Part shown: positions 19,441-29,155 of the stretch, piece after piece
Layout of the letters: each line of letters begins with the position of its first letter
Numbering within the stretch: the stretch's first letter is position 1
Source of the DNA: an uncultured Staphylococcaceae bacterium
Lineage (GTDB): Bacteria > Bacillota_I > Bacilli_A > ML615J-28 > CAG-313
Assembly: GCA_964368275.1 (NCBI GenBank)
Contig: CAYJAQ010000005.1
Span: 1-39,825, forward strand
DNA length: 39,825 bases
Direction of reading: 5' to 3'
Translations under genes and position numbers: made by a program
Notes under the pieces: model-generated
Database searches by the model: none
What the model was told of the DNA's origin: nothing
The model's input: only the letters and a program-made list of their open reading frames with translations

Positions 19441-22400
19441 TTATCCACCGATTGCCCTTCCTTGAATTACCATCTCGCGGAATACTGTTATTCCCGAATA
19501 GTCAATACTAATGATAATTACGTATTTACTACCATTTGTAATATTACTTATTGTATGAGTATTGTTCACCACATTATTGATTAAATGAACATTAACATTA
19601 TAAATGCCAATTGTATTGGGAATAGTAATGATATTTGTCCGGTCTATTGAGATTATTCCTTCATACATAATTGAATTAATTATTACAGAACCATATGCAC
19701 TTGCACCATCAATGTTAAATGGTAAGCGCATGTAAATAGTCTCATCACTACTAACTTGTGTCAATACATTATTTTGTTTAGTGTAGATGGTTAGTGAATT
19801 TCCTAATATATCACGAGCGTCTCTTGCTGCTCCATAATAAGAGCCGTTAGTAACTAAGTCCGTCTTTTGACCTGTAATATTTTGGTAATTAGCTTTATAA
19901 ACATAAACTTCATTAATTATATTCCCCCTTGCGTCATAATAATAATTAAGGTTATAACCATTATTAGTTGATGCTGGTAATATATTAAATACATTAACCC
20001 CTTCATCACGTAACCACTTGTAAACAGTTTGATTAACAACCCCATCAGTACCATAAATTAATGATTGATGGTTAATATTTAAATCACTATTGTTAACGTT
20101 ATTTCCGGAAATAAACACATTTTTTATTACATGCTCAGTTAAATCAATTAAAGGATTAAAGGAAGCTATTTTATTATTTTCTAGATATATTGTCTCGGCC
20201 CCTACATAACTGCTAATTCCATCAATATTATTGAGGGTTTTGTTAGTACCATCAAACTGATTGTTAAGATTTATCGTTTTAACAGTACGATATAATGGTG
20301 GCATTGCTGTCATTCTATTACCTGTAAAATCAATTGTCTCTAGTCTGATTAAATCAGAAAAATAGCTTACATCAGCATTTACTAAATTACAATTGACAAA
20401 AGATAATTCTTTAATTGTATCATTTTGTGATTTAGCAAAGACTTTTTGGTTAGAATCACCTACTAAATATTTGACTGATTCGTGAAGAAGATTCCAACCA
20501 TCAAATTTAAATCCCTTAGTATTAATCAAAAATTGAAGACCATTGATGGCCAATTGGTGTTCAGCAAAATTAGTGCTATTTAAATCACTATATAATGATT
20601 CACTATTAAAGAAACTATTTGTTAAGAAATAATTATACATTGTGTCATATGATAAATCAATGCTTGCTTTTTCTTTACGCGCTTCTCTAACTAATAAGTA
20701 CTCTGATCTTAGGTCGCCCGCTTCATATACGTCATTATAATTATTTAACAACCATTTATAAAGAATCCGATCAACAAATGAATCCGATTCATTACAAAAA
20801 TAAATTCCCGCAATAACGAATGAGTAAGTTTGGTGATACGCATTACTAGCAAATTCTTGAGCACTAGTATAACGGTCACTAATTTTAGCATTAATATAGA
20901 TTGTGGTATCACACATTGGAATATTCGCAGTGGTAATTCCTAGTTGATAAATATGATTTGATGGATTAGCAACATTACCAATTTCATTTAATTCAAAATA
21001 GGTATCAAGTTGTGCTCTAAATGCTTGTTTCTCTGTCTCATCAGTAATACCCATGTTTTGATAAATAGCTTCATAGTCAACTTCTAAAGTAAAATAAGTT
21101 GAAGCATTTGAGAAACTAAAATCATTTTGGGCCGGATTTGCATAAATTGTTTCTTTATGCTGACTGAAAATATTCTCAAACAAGTTGCCAACATATTGAG
21201 GAGTCATGTCACCACCAACACCAGTTCCTGGTATAATGATTTCACGATAAATGGTCGTTGCTAAAGCTTGTTCTTCAGCAGTTAATTCTGCAAATCCACT
21301 CTCGTAATTATTATAAGTAACTACAGTCTTTAAGTAAATAGTCTGATTTGCACTTGGTGCAAAAGTTGAACTAAAACCGAAATTAATTTCTGTACCTGTT
21401 TCATTTGATAATGCTACATAATTTAGGAAAGGCTCACTAGTCGATGTTCCATTTTCCACGGTAACAATATCCATACTATATGATATATCAGCAATTCCTA
21501 ATCCTGCAATTAATGGATCATTTTTACCAATTAATGTCTCGCGAGCATTAACATTAGCTAAATAGAAACTATTAATATAGCGACCAAGGAAAGCAGTCTT
21601 TTCGAATGTTCTTGTTGCTTGTACTGTAAAATCAATATTGACTACTTCACTATTCAAAGAAACTTGGAGCGTTGCTGTGGTATCAGCGCTAATTATGTCA
21701 CTTTCATGTAGAATATATCCAGTAACTGATTGATTAGTTAATATTGGATCAAGCACTAAGAAATTTGCACTACTTGCTGGAATTGATAATATAAAGTTTT
21801 TATTGTATTTTTTAGCAATTCCCATTTGATCATTATATAAACCAATATAAATAGGTTTATTTAATTTATTTCCCTCACATGAGCTGTAAATATATCCTTC
21901 TAGTTCCAGATTGTAACTAGTTAACATACTAGCATCACTTGTGCCCACTACATTAATAAGACGATTGTATGTTGGATCAGTGTATTCAGTTCCCATAAAG
22001 GTAAACGAGTAAGTAATAAACACATATTTATTATCTAGTGCTCGATTAAGATTGCCACTAGGTGATAATTCACCAGTAGTAAGCAAAGGTCCCATTGCAT
22101 ATTCGCCATTTTCGAATGTTGCATCATAAACATTGTAATTAATTTCAAGCGGCATATTATTAAATTGACTAGGAAATATTTGATTGTCAACCATAGCATG
22201 AACCCCATTGGAGCCAATGTAATAATCAACATCTAGTATTCCATTAATCAAGTCTTCGGCATCCTGTAATAGGATGTCTCTGTTTGTTGCAGCGCTAAAA
22301 TCTAAGTCAAAAACATTAGTAAAATTAGCAGTGGTCAATCCTAAATCATTCACAATTCGGTAGTAACCTTTTGGTGTAACTAACGAAAATTGATAATTGC

Positions 22401-23337
22401 TATTGTCAATAATACCGGAAATACTATCAAATGTGTAATAACCCTGATAATAATGTTCAACCTTAAAATTAGTATTTAAGATGATATCACTATATAGAAG
22501 GTGCATATTACAAGGGAAATTAATATTTACTATGTTTTGGGAATTTTGGGCATTTACAACAATATCATTAAGTAAATAAACATCTTTAAATGCAGAATCA
22601 TCGTAAACATTATGATAAATATATGTCTTATAATAGTATTCAGTAACATTATTAGTGTTTCGACTAGATGCCCAACTATATTTACCATTTTCCATTATGT
22701 AACAATTATTTCTTTCATCTTCTGATAAATCACTATCGTCATAACTTGTTACATCAGCATATTGCGTGTAAACAACTGATACATTTCTTAACCAATTATC
22801 GTTATTATTAATATTATGATGATAAACATTATTTAGTTCTAAAAGTTCAAAGCTGTTACTAATAAAACGATTAAACGAATAGTGATTTACCGCGACAAAT
22901 CTAACATTATTGGCAGTGCCCCCAAAACTAATCGCAACCGTGACATTTTCAGCAGGAAGTAGCGTATAATCGACTATTGCTACTTTAGCATTTGCGTATA
23001 GTGCAGGGTCTGATGAAAGTGAAGTTGTAGTTGAATATTTCCCAACTCCCGTTTTTTCCGTAATGTAATAATTACTACCAATTTTGGCATTTGTGGTAAT
23101 AGAAGTGAAGGATTCGAAGAAAATCAACAAATCAAACGAAGCTTCTATTTCCGAGTTATTAGTTATTGTAATAGTCTGATTAATAGCATAATTATCAGTA
23201 ACAGTAAAAGCATTCTGATAATTAGCAACATTATACACTTCGGTAATCGAGCTTGATTCCTCAGCATATCCTACGCTAAATATTACTAGTAATACTGTTA
23301 AAATACTACTAATAACAATAAAGATTTTTTGACGCAT
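19441..23337 (-). CDS. Large exported LRR (internalin-like) surface protein, 1298 aa
   Basis: Signal ends VGYA-EES. It has the cap SFVDRILYKWLL...INGLQFL and LRR units LSFVNCNL, LETIDFTGNRM and IYLENNKI. AAAGGAGG RBS. Confidence 0.82.
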   Translation of the reverse strand: MRQKIFIVISSILTVLLVIFSVGYAEESSSITEVYNVANYQNAFTVTDNYAINQTITITNNSEIEASFDLLIFFESFTSITTNAKIGSNYYITEKTGVGKYSTTTSLSSDPALYANAKVAIVDYTLLPAENVTVAISFGGTANNVRFVAVNHYSFNRFISNSFELLELNNVYHHNINNNDNWLRNVSVVYTQYADVTSYDDSDLSEDERNNCYIMENGKYSWASSRNTNNVTEYYYKTYIYHNVYDDSAFKDVYLLNDIVVNAQNSQNIVNINFPCNMHLLYSDIILNTNFKVEHYYQGYYTFDSISGIIDNSNYQFSLVTPKGYYRIVNDLGLTTANFTNVFDLDFSAATNRDILLQDAEDLINGILDVDYYIGSNGVHAMVDNQIFPSQFNNMPLEINYNVYDATFENGEYAMGPLLTTGELSPSGNLNRALDNKYVFITYSFTFMGTEYTDPTYNRLINVVGTSDASMLTSYNLELEGYIYSSCEGNKLNKPIYIGLYNDQMGIAKKYNKNFILSIPASSANFLVLDPILTNQSVTGYILHESDIISADTTATLQVSLNSEVVNIDFTVQATRTFEKTAFLGRYINSFYLANVNARETLIGKNDPLIAGLGIADISYSMDIVTVENGTSTSEPFLNYVALSNETGTEINFGFSSTFAPSANQTIYLKTVVTYNNYESGFAELTAEEQALATTIYREIIIPGTGVGGDMTPQYVGNLFENIFSQHKETIYANPAQNDFSFSNASTYFTLEVDYEAIYQNMGITDETEKQAFRAQLDTYFELNEIGNVANPSNHIYQLGITTANIPMCDTTIYINAKISDRYTSAQEFASNAYHQTYSFVIAGIYFCNESDSFVDRILYKWLLNNYNDVYEAGDLRSEYLLVREARKEKASIDLSYDTMYNYFLTNSFFNSESLYSDLNSTNFAEHQLAINGLQFLINTKGFKFDGWNLLHESVKYLVGDSNQKVFAKSQNDTIKELSFVNCNLVNADVSYFSDLIRLETIDFTGNRMTAMPPLYRTVKTINLNNQFDGTNKTLNNIDGISSYVGAETIYLENNKIASFNPLIDLTEHVIKNVFISGNNVNNSDLNINHQSLIYGTDGVVNQTVYKWLRDEGVNVFNILPASTNNGYNLNYYYDARGNIINEVYVYKANYQNITGQKTDLVTNGSYYGAARDARDILGNSLTIYTKQNNVLTQVSSDETIYMRLPFNIDGASAYGSVIINSIMYEGIISIDRTNIITIPNTIGIYNVNVHLINNVVNNTHTISNITNGSKYVIIISIDYSGITVFREMVIQGRAIGG

Positions 23338-23362
23338 TTCTTCTTATCCTCCTTTCTATTCT

Positions 23363-26300
23363 TTAATCACGAGGTGATTCAATAATATTAATAAAATGAT
23401 CTTGAACTGCTGGTATTGTTCCTGGATTAGCGGTTGGAACAAAAGTAAGTCGAATATAAGTATTAGCATTATTAATAATACTTGCCCATGCTGGATTAGC
23501 AATTAACTCTTCATACTTAATATTCTCAATTGGACTACCAATACTACCATCTACTCCTATATTATAACCATTAGCATAAGTACTTGTTGGAGCCTGATAT
23601 GCTTCTTTTTGGCTTATAGCGTATTCATATAAATTCTTTCCACGTTCATTATTATTACCAGTACCACTTATGGAACTATTCATATATTCAGCAATTTTGA
23701 ACTCAGCTTTTTTAGTTGAATTAGTTAATTTAGCTTTTTCTAAATCGAAATAATAATAGTTATTATTCTCATCCCAAGTCATAATTGTTTTGGTAGTTCT
23801 ATTTCTGGTCCAACTTTGATTTGTTGAATCAAAGTTTATACCATACAAGAAGTAAATATATGGATTTATCACACTAGTTATTGTATTAGAATCTGGTGTA
23901 TAGACAATGTCCATATTACGCATTACAGTACATGGGTAAGTTGTACTACTATTTGTAGTATCAACGGAAACAATGCGATATTCATTGGCATTATTAGTGT
24001 TTTCAACTATTGCATAGTAATTAGATTCTGAATGGCGGGTTTGTACATTTTTAGCAACATACTTGACGGTTGTTACTCCGCCGACTACTTCTTCTACTTC
24101 AGTTAGTTTTTCTCTTAATAATGTAACACTAGAAGCAGAAATAATATCTCCTACTGCCCAGCTTGGCAGAGTTCCTGTCTTATTTATCAATAAGTACTTC
24201 GCATAGGTTGCTTTAAGAGTTAAGTTACCTATTCTTTCAGAAGCAGCAATTTCCGTAATTATCTCACCACTAGCAACACCATTTACCATAACTTCCCAAC
24301 CTTTAAAGACTAATCCAGCCGTTTCATATTCCGGTAGTGTTAATGATGTGTCTTCAACATATGTGTAAGTTTGGCCAAACGCGATTGTTTGATCAATCTC
24401 ATTACCACCTTGATCAAGGAAAGTAATACTATTAATTGGCAACATATAAACTGTTAAGATAAGATTACCAGCAGTTCCTTGTGAAATGCTTGATATGATT
24501 GAATTATCCGGTAAACGCCATCCTCTAAATGCATAATTAGCAACGGTATATGTTGGTAAATCAAAAGCATCAGCAGTTGTATATGTGCGGTTAAATTGAC
24601 TTAGCTGATTACCACCATTATCAAAGAAAGTAATCGTGTAAATAGGTGACATAACCGCTGTTAACATAAGATTACCAGTAGTTCCTAGTGGAATACTTGT
24701 AATAACCTCGCCTTCAGTTGTCCGCCAACCAATAAACGAATAATTAGCAACTGTATATGTCGGTAACTCATATGAGCTTTGAAGAGTAAAGGTGTAATCT
24801 TGACCAAATTCAGTTACTGAATCAATTACATTTTCTTCATTATCAAGGAAGGTAATACTGTATTCGGTTAAGATTGTCTTTGGATATAGATTAATATTAT
24901 TATTTATCGCAACTGGTGAATATCTATTCACTAATGTTTGATCTGTATACCAACCAACAAACGTTGATCCTTCTATCGTATAATCATAATCAGCATTGTA
25001 AATTGATCCTTTTTCAACAGTTACTGTTGTTAATACAGCACCTGTAATATCATAATAAGTAATCACTAAGTTTTTATGTTCTTCATAGTAAGTATTTAAT
25101 TGATTAATGTAACTAGTTGTTACTGCGTTAACATCATCCATATTAGTTAAAGCGATTATAGCATTCTTGGCAGATTGATATAACTCAGTATAACCATTAG
25201 AATGGCTACCTAATGCACTGCTATCATGACTGTTGAAGGTACTTGCTAATCTAGTTAATGCATCAGCTTTTTGAATAGAACATATGTCAATATAAGCCAT
25301 TTGACCTATTGTTAATTCTTCATAGTTTGTATTAAACGAATTATTAACCCAAATATTGTTGAATTCAGTAGAGCTAATATCAAAGAATACAACATAATCA
25401 GTTATAACATTAGTAATTGACGAAGTTGATCTAATTATAGGTTGTGCAGATTCTAAACTATCAAGCAATAAGTAGTAATTATTATTAGTTTGATAAATTG
25501 AAGCCCCATTCGCATTGACAATTGACCATGTTAAGTTCTCATCATTTTCATAACTGACAACGCTTGGTAAAACAAGCGATGCATAACCCTTTGGTATTTT
25601 CATTTGTGGATAAACATTATATGAAGTCGTATCAATTGTGAACATTCTTTCATAAAAATAGCCATCCACTTCAATTCTTGCGACTAATTGGGCACTTCCA
25701 GTGTCATTGTTTTCAGCATTAGTTAAGGAAATGCGATTAGTTAACGCATCAAATGTTAAGTATTTAGAAGCCATCGTCCAGGTTATATCGTATAATACGC
25801 CTCCAAAATCAATGGCACTAGGTAAAATACCAGAAGGGCCATTTATCCGAAGTTCATAATTATTTAAATAAGTAATTGAAGGGTCAGTTGAGGCAAACTT
25901 TTCGAGAATGTTTGCTGCTTTTCTAATATCTTCACGTGGAACAATAATCTGATTATTATACTTAATTTCAGTATCAGGACGATTAAAATTAAACCAACTT
26001 ACGATATATTGGAAAGATAAAGTCTTTTCATAACCATTTTTACCAGTCACTTTAATTGTTGTAAGTTGTGGACCAAAACCCATCAACCATGATAAATCAG
26101 TATAGTTAAGCCGCTCACCTGTATTTACACCATATGAGAAAGATACTAGAGTATCAAATGAATTATATAAAGGTGACCAATCGGCGATTAAGAAGTTATC
26201 AGTTTGGTTGATATATGAGAAATGCGTTAGTTTCATATTACGTAATTCTTCAATTGAAGTCATCGCAGTTTCAACATTAGTAAAACTCTTTAAATTAACA

Positions 26301-29032
26301 AAAATCTCTAAACCTTTAATGGAAGTAATACCATGACCACTACCACCAACTGTTTTAATATTAATATTAGTCGTTGCTAATATCTCTGCTTGGGATAAAA
26401 TGTTTGCTTCAGTTACTACGAATGTTTCACCATTTCGATGTTGAATAACCTTAGAAGTTCGGTTGGAAGCATCGTTAATGTGATATGTGTTAGCATCATT
26501 GTTGTATACCCAGTAAATTAAACGAGAACTACTGAATATTTCATTTGCTCTTACATATGTGCCCCCACTTAATTCAACAAACATATTAGCAATAATATCA
26601 GGCTGCTCAACATCTTGAACAGATGTATCAATAGCAACTACGTATTCGTTAGACGGCGAAGTATTAATGGTAAATGAACCATTATTGCCGGTAGCAGCAT
26701 TTGTTAATGCTAAAGTATTATTGGCAATTGTAATACCTGTATATGTAGCACTTAAACTCCAATTAAGATTCTTCTTAATACCACCATTTAAGGTGATTGT
26801 AGTTGGTAATACATATGAACTACCTTTTTGATATGGATTATCAAGATCTCGTAGTGAACCTTCTGATGAACCAATCTCACTAGTATAACGAATAATCGTG
26901 CTCATGCTTTCTGATAATTTATTACTAGTACTATTGACTAATAATCCACCTATCTCGTTATCACAATTGCTATCATAACCAGTATACAAAACATCGTTCT
27001 TAGAAGCAGAGAAAATATTAAAATATGCATAATCATTAGCAATCAAACAATACATATTCACAAGAGCTGTTGAATTATTACGACGACTTGGATTAATATT
27101 GTTTTGATAGATGTCAAGTGGATTGGCGTAAGATTCAGAACTTACAAAACTGTTAATGCTTCTCGCACCTCCAAATAGCTTACCGGGAGTGAATCCACCA
27201 TTAGTTGAAATTGCTCCATATTCGCTTCTTAACTTACTTAAGGTGTTTGCATAATTTAAGTTTTTTACACCATTAGCATAGTCAAAACTATAGAAAGCCG
27301 TATTAGCTTCAATAGCTAAGCGTACTAAATTAGTATTTTCGTTAAAATAATCAATTAACGTTTTGTTATTTAAAACCACGCGCGTAAAATCAATACCATT
27401 AACATATTTTAGCACAAGTGTACGAACATTACTTAAGTAAGCAAGTTTTTTGTATTCGTCAAATGTCCAATAGATACTGCCTTGTTGATTAGGGATTATT
27501 TGATTACGTTCTAGTATTTCAAATGAGAGAATTCTTGCTCCACTTGTAGCATCCCAATTAGGTAATTCGGTAATAGTTTGATAATTAGCTTGGATAGACG
27601 TAAGCATGGTTAGTAATTCTAAACCTTTTAACGATTTTATTCCGTAATAATTACCATCACCAGAATCAATGCTAAGCGTTGTAAATGAATCGGTAAAGAT
27701 TAGCGTTCTTTCATTAGAATCATATTCTAGACCACTAATACTGGAATAACGGCCTAAGAAATAGTTGAACAATGCATCATCAAAAATGACACGAGCATCA
27801 ACTTTAGCATTATTGACTTTATATACTTTACTTTCATCATAAGTAGTTCCCCCAATTTGAACATAGTATGATTGACCGGCCTCAGCCGCTACTGTAATTA
27901 TCTTCAAATCAAATAAAACATACATATCATCAAGGAAGTTAAAGTAAGCACCTACAACAAACGTTCCAACAAAGCCACTTGTGTAGATATTATTATTTAG
28001 GGTAAATAAATCATTGGTAACTAATGAAAAGCTCGTAGATAAAGCAGAATTTTCACGGTTTTGATAAATAATTGTATTATTTAAGGTTGCTGAATAACCA
28101 CTAAAATAATTATTTACCTCTAAATAATTGTACAAATCAATAAAATCAGTACAGTATCCAAGTAATGCACTCTTTGTGTATGTCGTAGCTGAAGAATCGT
28201 GTAAACCATCATTTTTAAATTTGATGTTATTACTTACTATATAGTTTGAACTGCTTAGTATATTATATAAAGCAATAACCGCATTATAATCAAGGTTACA
28301 GCCCGTTAAGCCAACGTTAATATCAGCAAGGGAAGTAACACTAGCACCAGCAAGCGTGCCTGTTACTTTTGTATATGTATTATTACTGTATGAATAATAG
28401 CCCGAAAGAGCAAATAAATCAATTGTTGAAACACCAGCATTCCCTTGTAGATTCAAGGAAGTAAGGGTGCTAAAAGAATTTTCAAAATAACTCTTGTATA
28501 CGACTGTATTATCACTAAGCGTTGCTTGATATACAGTTGTATCAATTAAGTTATATGCTAAATCAACTGTAATTAAATAGGCCTTATTTTTAAGAACAGA
28601 AATATTATCAATCATATTATGAGCTAAATTTAAAGCAGTTAATTTACTACTATTAGCTAAAGCATCAAGATCAACAATACCTTTCTTTGGCATATTTATA
28701 GTGGTAAGATGATGGAATATTTCAAAACCATCTAATGTTAGAATACTCATCTTAGCAATCAGTGGTAAACCTTTTTGAAAGTTCGTTGTATTACCTTTAT
28801 CGAAATTAGCTAGCGTTGTTGTCAAACTAGTAGTATTTTTAGTAATCGTTATACTAACATTATTATTAAAACTAATTCCTGTTAAGGCATAAGCCCCAAT
28901 AGAAGTACTACTAATTGTTGAAGTGCTGCTAGTTGCAATATCAGCAGCATAGAACAAGCAACCACAATTAGTATTTGCTTGTACAATTCCGGCTGATGCT
29001 GCTGCACTATTAGTGCTTATGAACATCAGCAT
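23363..29032 (-). CDS. C-terminal half of the giant LRR protein (three LRR modules, a helical bundle and four InlB B-repeat-like units)
   Basis: LRRs such as LTALNLAHNMI and LITVDLAYNLI, and repeats with F-x-GW. It has no signal peptide and no RBS before 29032, so it is unlikely to be an independent gene. Confidence 0.6.
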   Translation of the reverse strand: MLMFISTNSAAASAGIVQANTNCGCLFYAADIATSSTSTISSTSIGAYALTGISFNNNVSITITKNTTSLTTTLANFDKGNTTNFQKGLPLIAKMSILTLDGFEIFHHLTTINMPKKGIVDLDALANSSKLTALNLAHNMIDNISVLKNKAYLITVDLAYNLIDTTVYQATLSDNTVVYKSYFENSFSTLTSLNLQGNAGVSTIDLFALSGYYSYSNNTYTKVTGTLAGASVTSLADINVGLTGCNLDYNAVIALYNILSSSNYIVSNNIKFKNDGLHDSSATTYTKSALLGYCTDFIDLYNYLEVNNYFSGYSATLNNTIIYQNRENSALSTSFSLVTNDLFTLNNNIYTSGFVGTFVVGAYFNFLDDMYVLFDLKIITVAAEAGQSYYVQIGGTTYDESKVYKVNNAKVDARVIFDDALFNYFLGRYSSISGLEYDSNERTLIFTDSFTTLSIDSGDGNYYGIKSLKGLELLTMLTSIQANYQTITELPNWDATSGARILSFEILERNQIIPNQQGSIYWTFDEYKKLAYLSNVRTLVLKYVNGIDFTRVVLNNKTLIDYFNENTNLVRLAIEANTAFYSFDYANGVKNLNYANTLSKLRSEYGAISTNGGFTPGKLFGGARSINSFVSSESYANPLDIYQNNINPSRRNNSTALVNMYCLIANDYAYFNIFSASKNDVLYTGYDSNCDNEIGGLLVNSTSNKLSESMSTIIRYTSEIGSSEGSLRDLDNPYQKGSSYVLPTTITLNGGIKKNLNWSLSATYTGITIANNTLALTNAATGNNGSFTINTSPSNEYVVAIDTSVQDVEQPDIIANMFVELSGGTYVRANEIFSSSRLIYWVYNNDANTYHINDASNRTSKVIQHRNGETFVVTEANILSQAEILATTNINIKTVGGSGHGITSIKGLEIFVNLKSFTNVETAMTSIEELRNMKLTHFSYINQTDNFLIADWSPLYNSFDTLVSFSYGVNTGERLNYTDLSWLMGFGPQLTTIKVTGKNGYEKTLSFQYIVSWFNFNRPDTEIKYNNQIIVPREDIRKAANILEKFASTDPSITYLNNYELRINGPSGILPSAIDFGGVLYDITWTMASKYLTFDALTNRISLTNAENNDTGSAQLVARIEVDGYFYERMFTIDTTSYNVYPQMKIPKGYASLVLPSVVSYENDENLTWSIVNANGASIYQTNNNYYLLLDSLESAQPIIRSTSSITNVITDYVVFFDISSTEFNNIWVNNSFNTNYEELTIGQMAYIDICSIQKADALTRLASTFNSHDSSALGSHSNGYTELYQSAKNAIIALTNMDDVNAVTTSYINQLNTYYEEHKNLVITYYDITGAVLTTVTVEKGSIYNADYDYTIEGSTFVGWYTDQTLVNRYSPVAINNNINLYPKTILTEYSITFLDNEENVIDSVTEFGQDYTFTLQSSYELPTYTVANYSFIGWRTTEGEVITSIPLGTTGNLMLTAVMSPIYTITFFDNGGNQLSQFNRTYTTADAFDLPTYTVANYAFRGWRLPDNSIISSISQGTAGNLILTVYMLPINSITFLDQGGNEIDQTIAFGQTYTYVEDTSLTLPEYETAGLVFKGWEVMVNGVASGEIITEIAASERIGNLTLKATYAKYLLINKTGTLPSWAVGDIISASSVTLLREKLTEVEEVVGGVTTVKYVAKNVQTRHSESNYYAIVENTNNANEYRIVSVDTTNSSTTYPCTVMRNMDIVYTPDSNTITSVINPYIYFLYGINFDSTNQSWTRNRTTKTIMTWDENNNYYYFDLEKAKLTNSTKKAEFKIAEYMNSSISGTGNNNERGKNLYEYAISQKEAYQAPTSTYANGYNIGVDGSIGSPIENIKYEELIANPAWASIINNANTYIRLTFVPTANPGTIPAVQDHFINIIESPRD
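24200..25070 (-). repeat. Four tandem ~70-aa InlB B-repeat (Flg_new)-like units within the giant LRR gene
   Basis: Units contain STFVGWY, YSFIGW, YAFRGW and LVFKGW, each preceded by IT(Y/F)xD. DNA copies TAATTAGCAACNGTATATGTNGGTAA at 24534 and 24741 are 207 bp apart. Confidence 0.85.
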
Positions 29033-29155
29033 TCTTAAATTAAGATCTGTAAAAATACGATATGAATAGTAATAACCAGTAGTGTTATTTCTAACTACTT
29101 GATATAAGCGATTAGTGTCTTTTAGATATGCATAATTTGTAGATGTTAAATCAAG

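Noticed and set aside
24200-25070. CRISPR array or diversity-generating retroelement repeats
   Set aside because: The repeats are in-frame protein-domain repeats, with no spacer structure and no cas or reverse transcriptase gene in the window.
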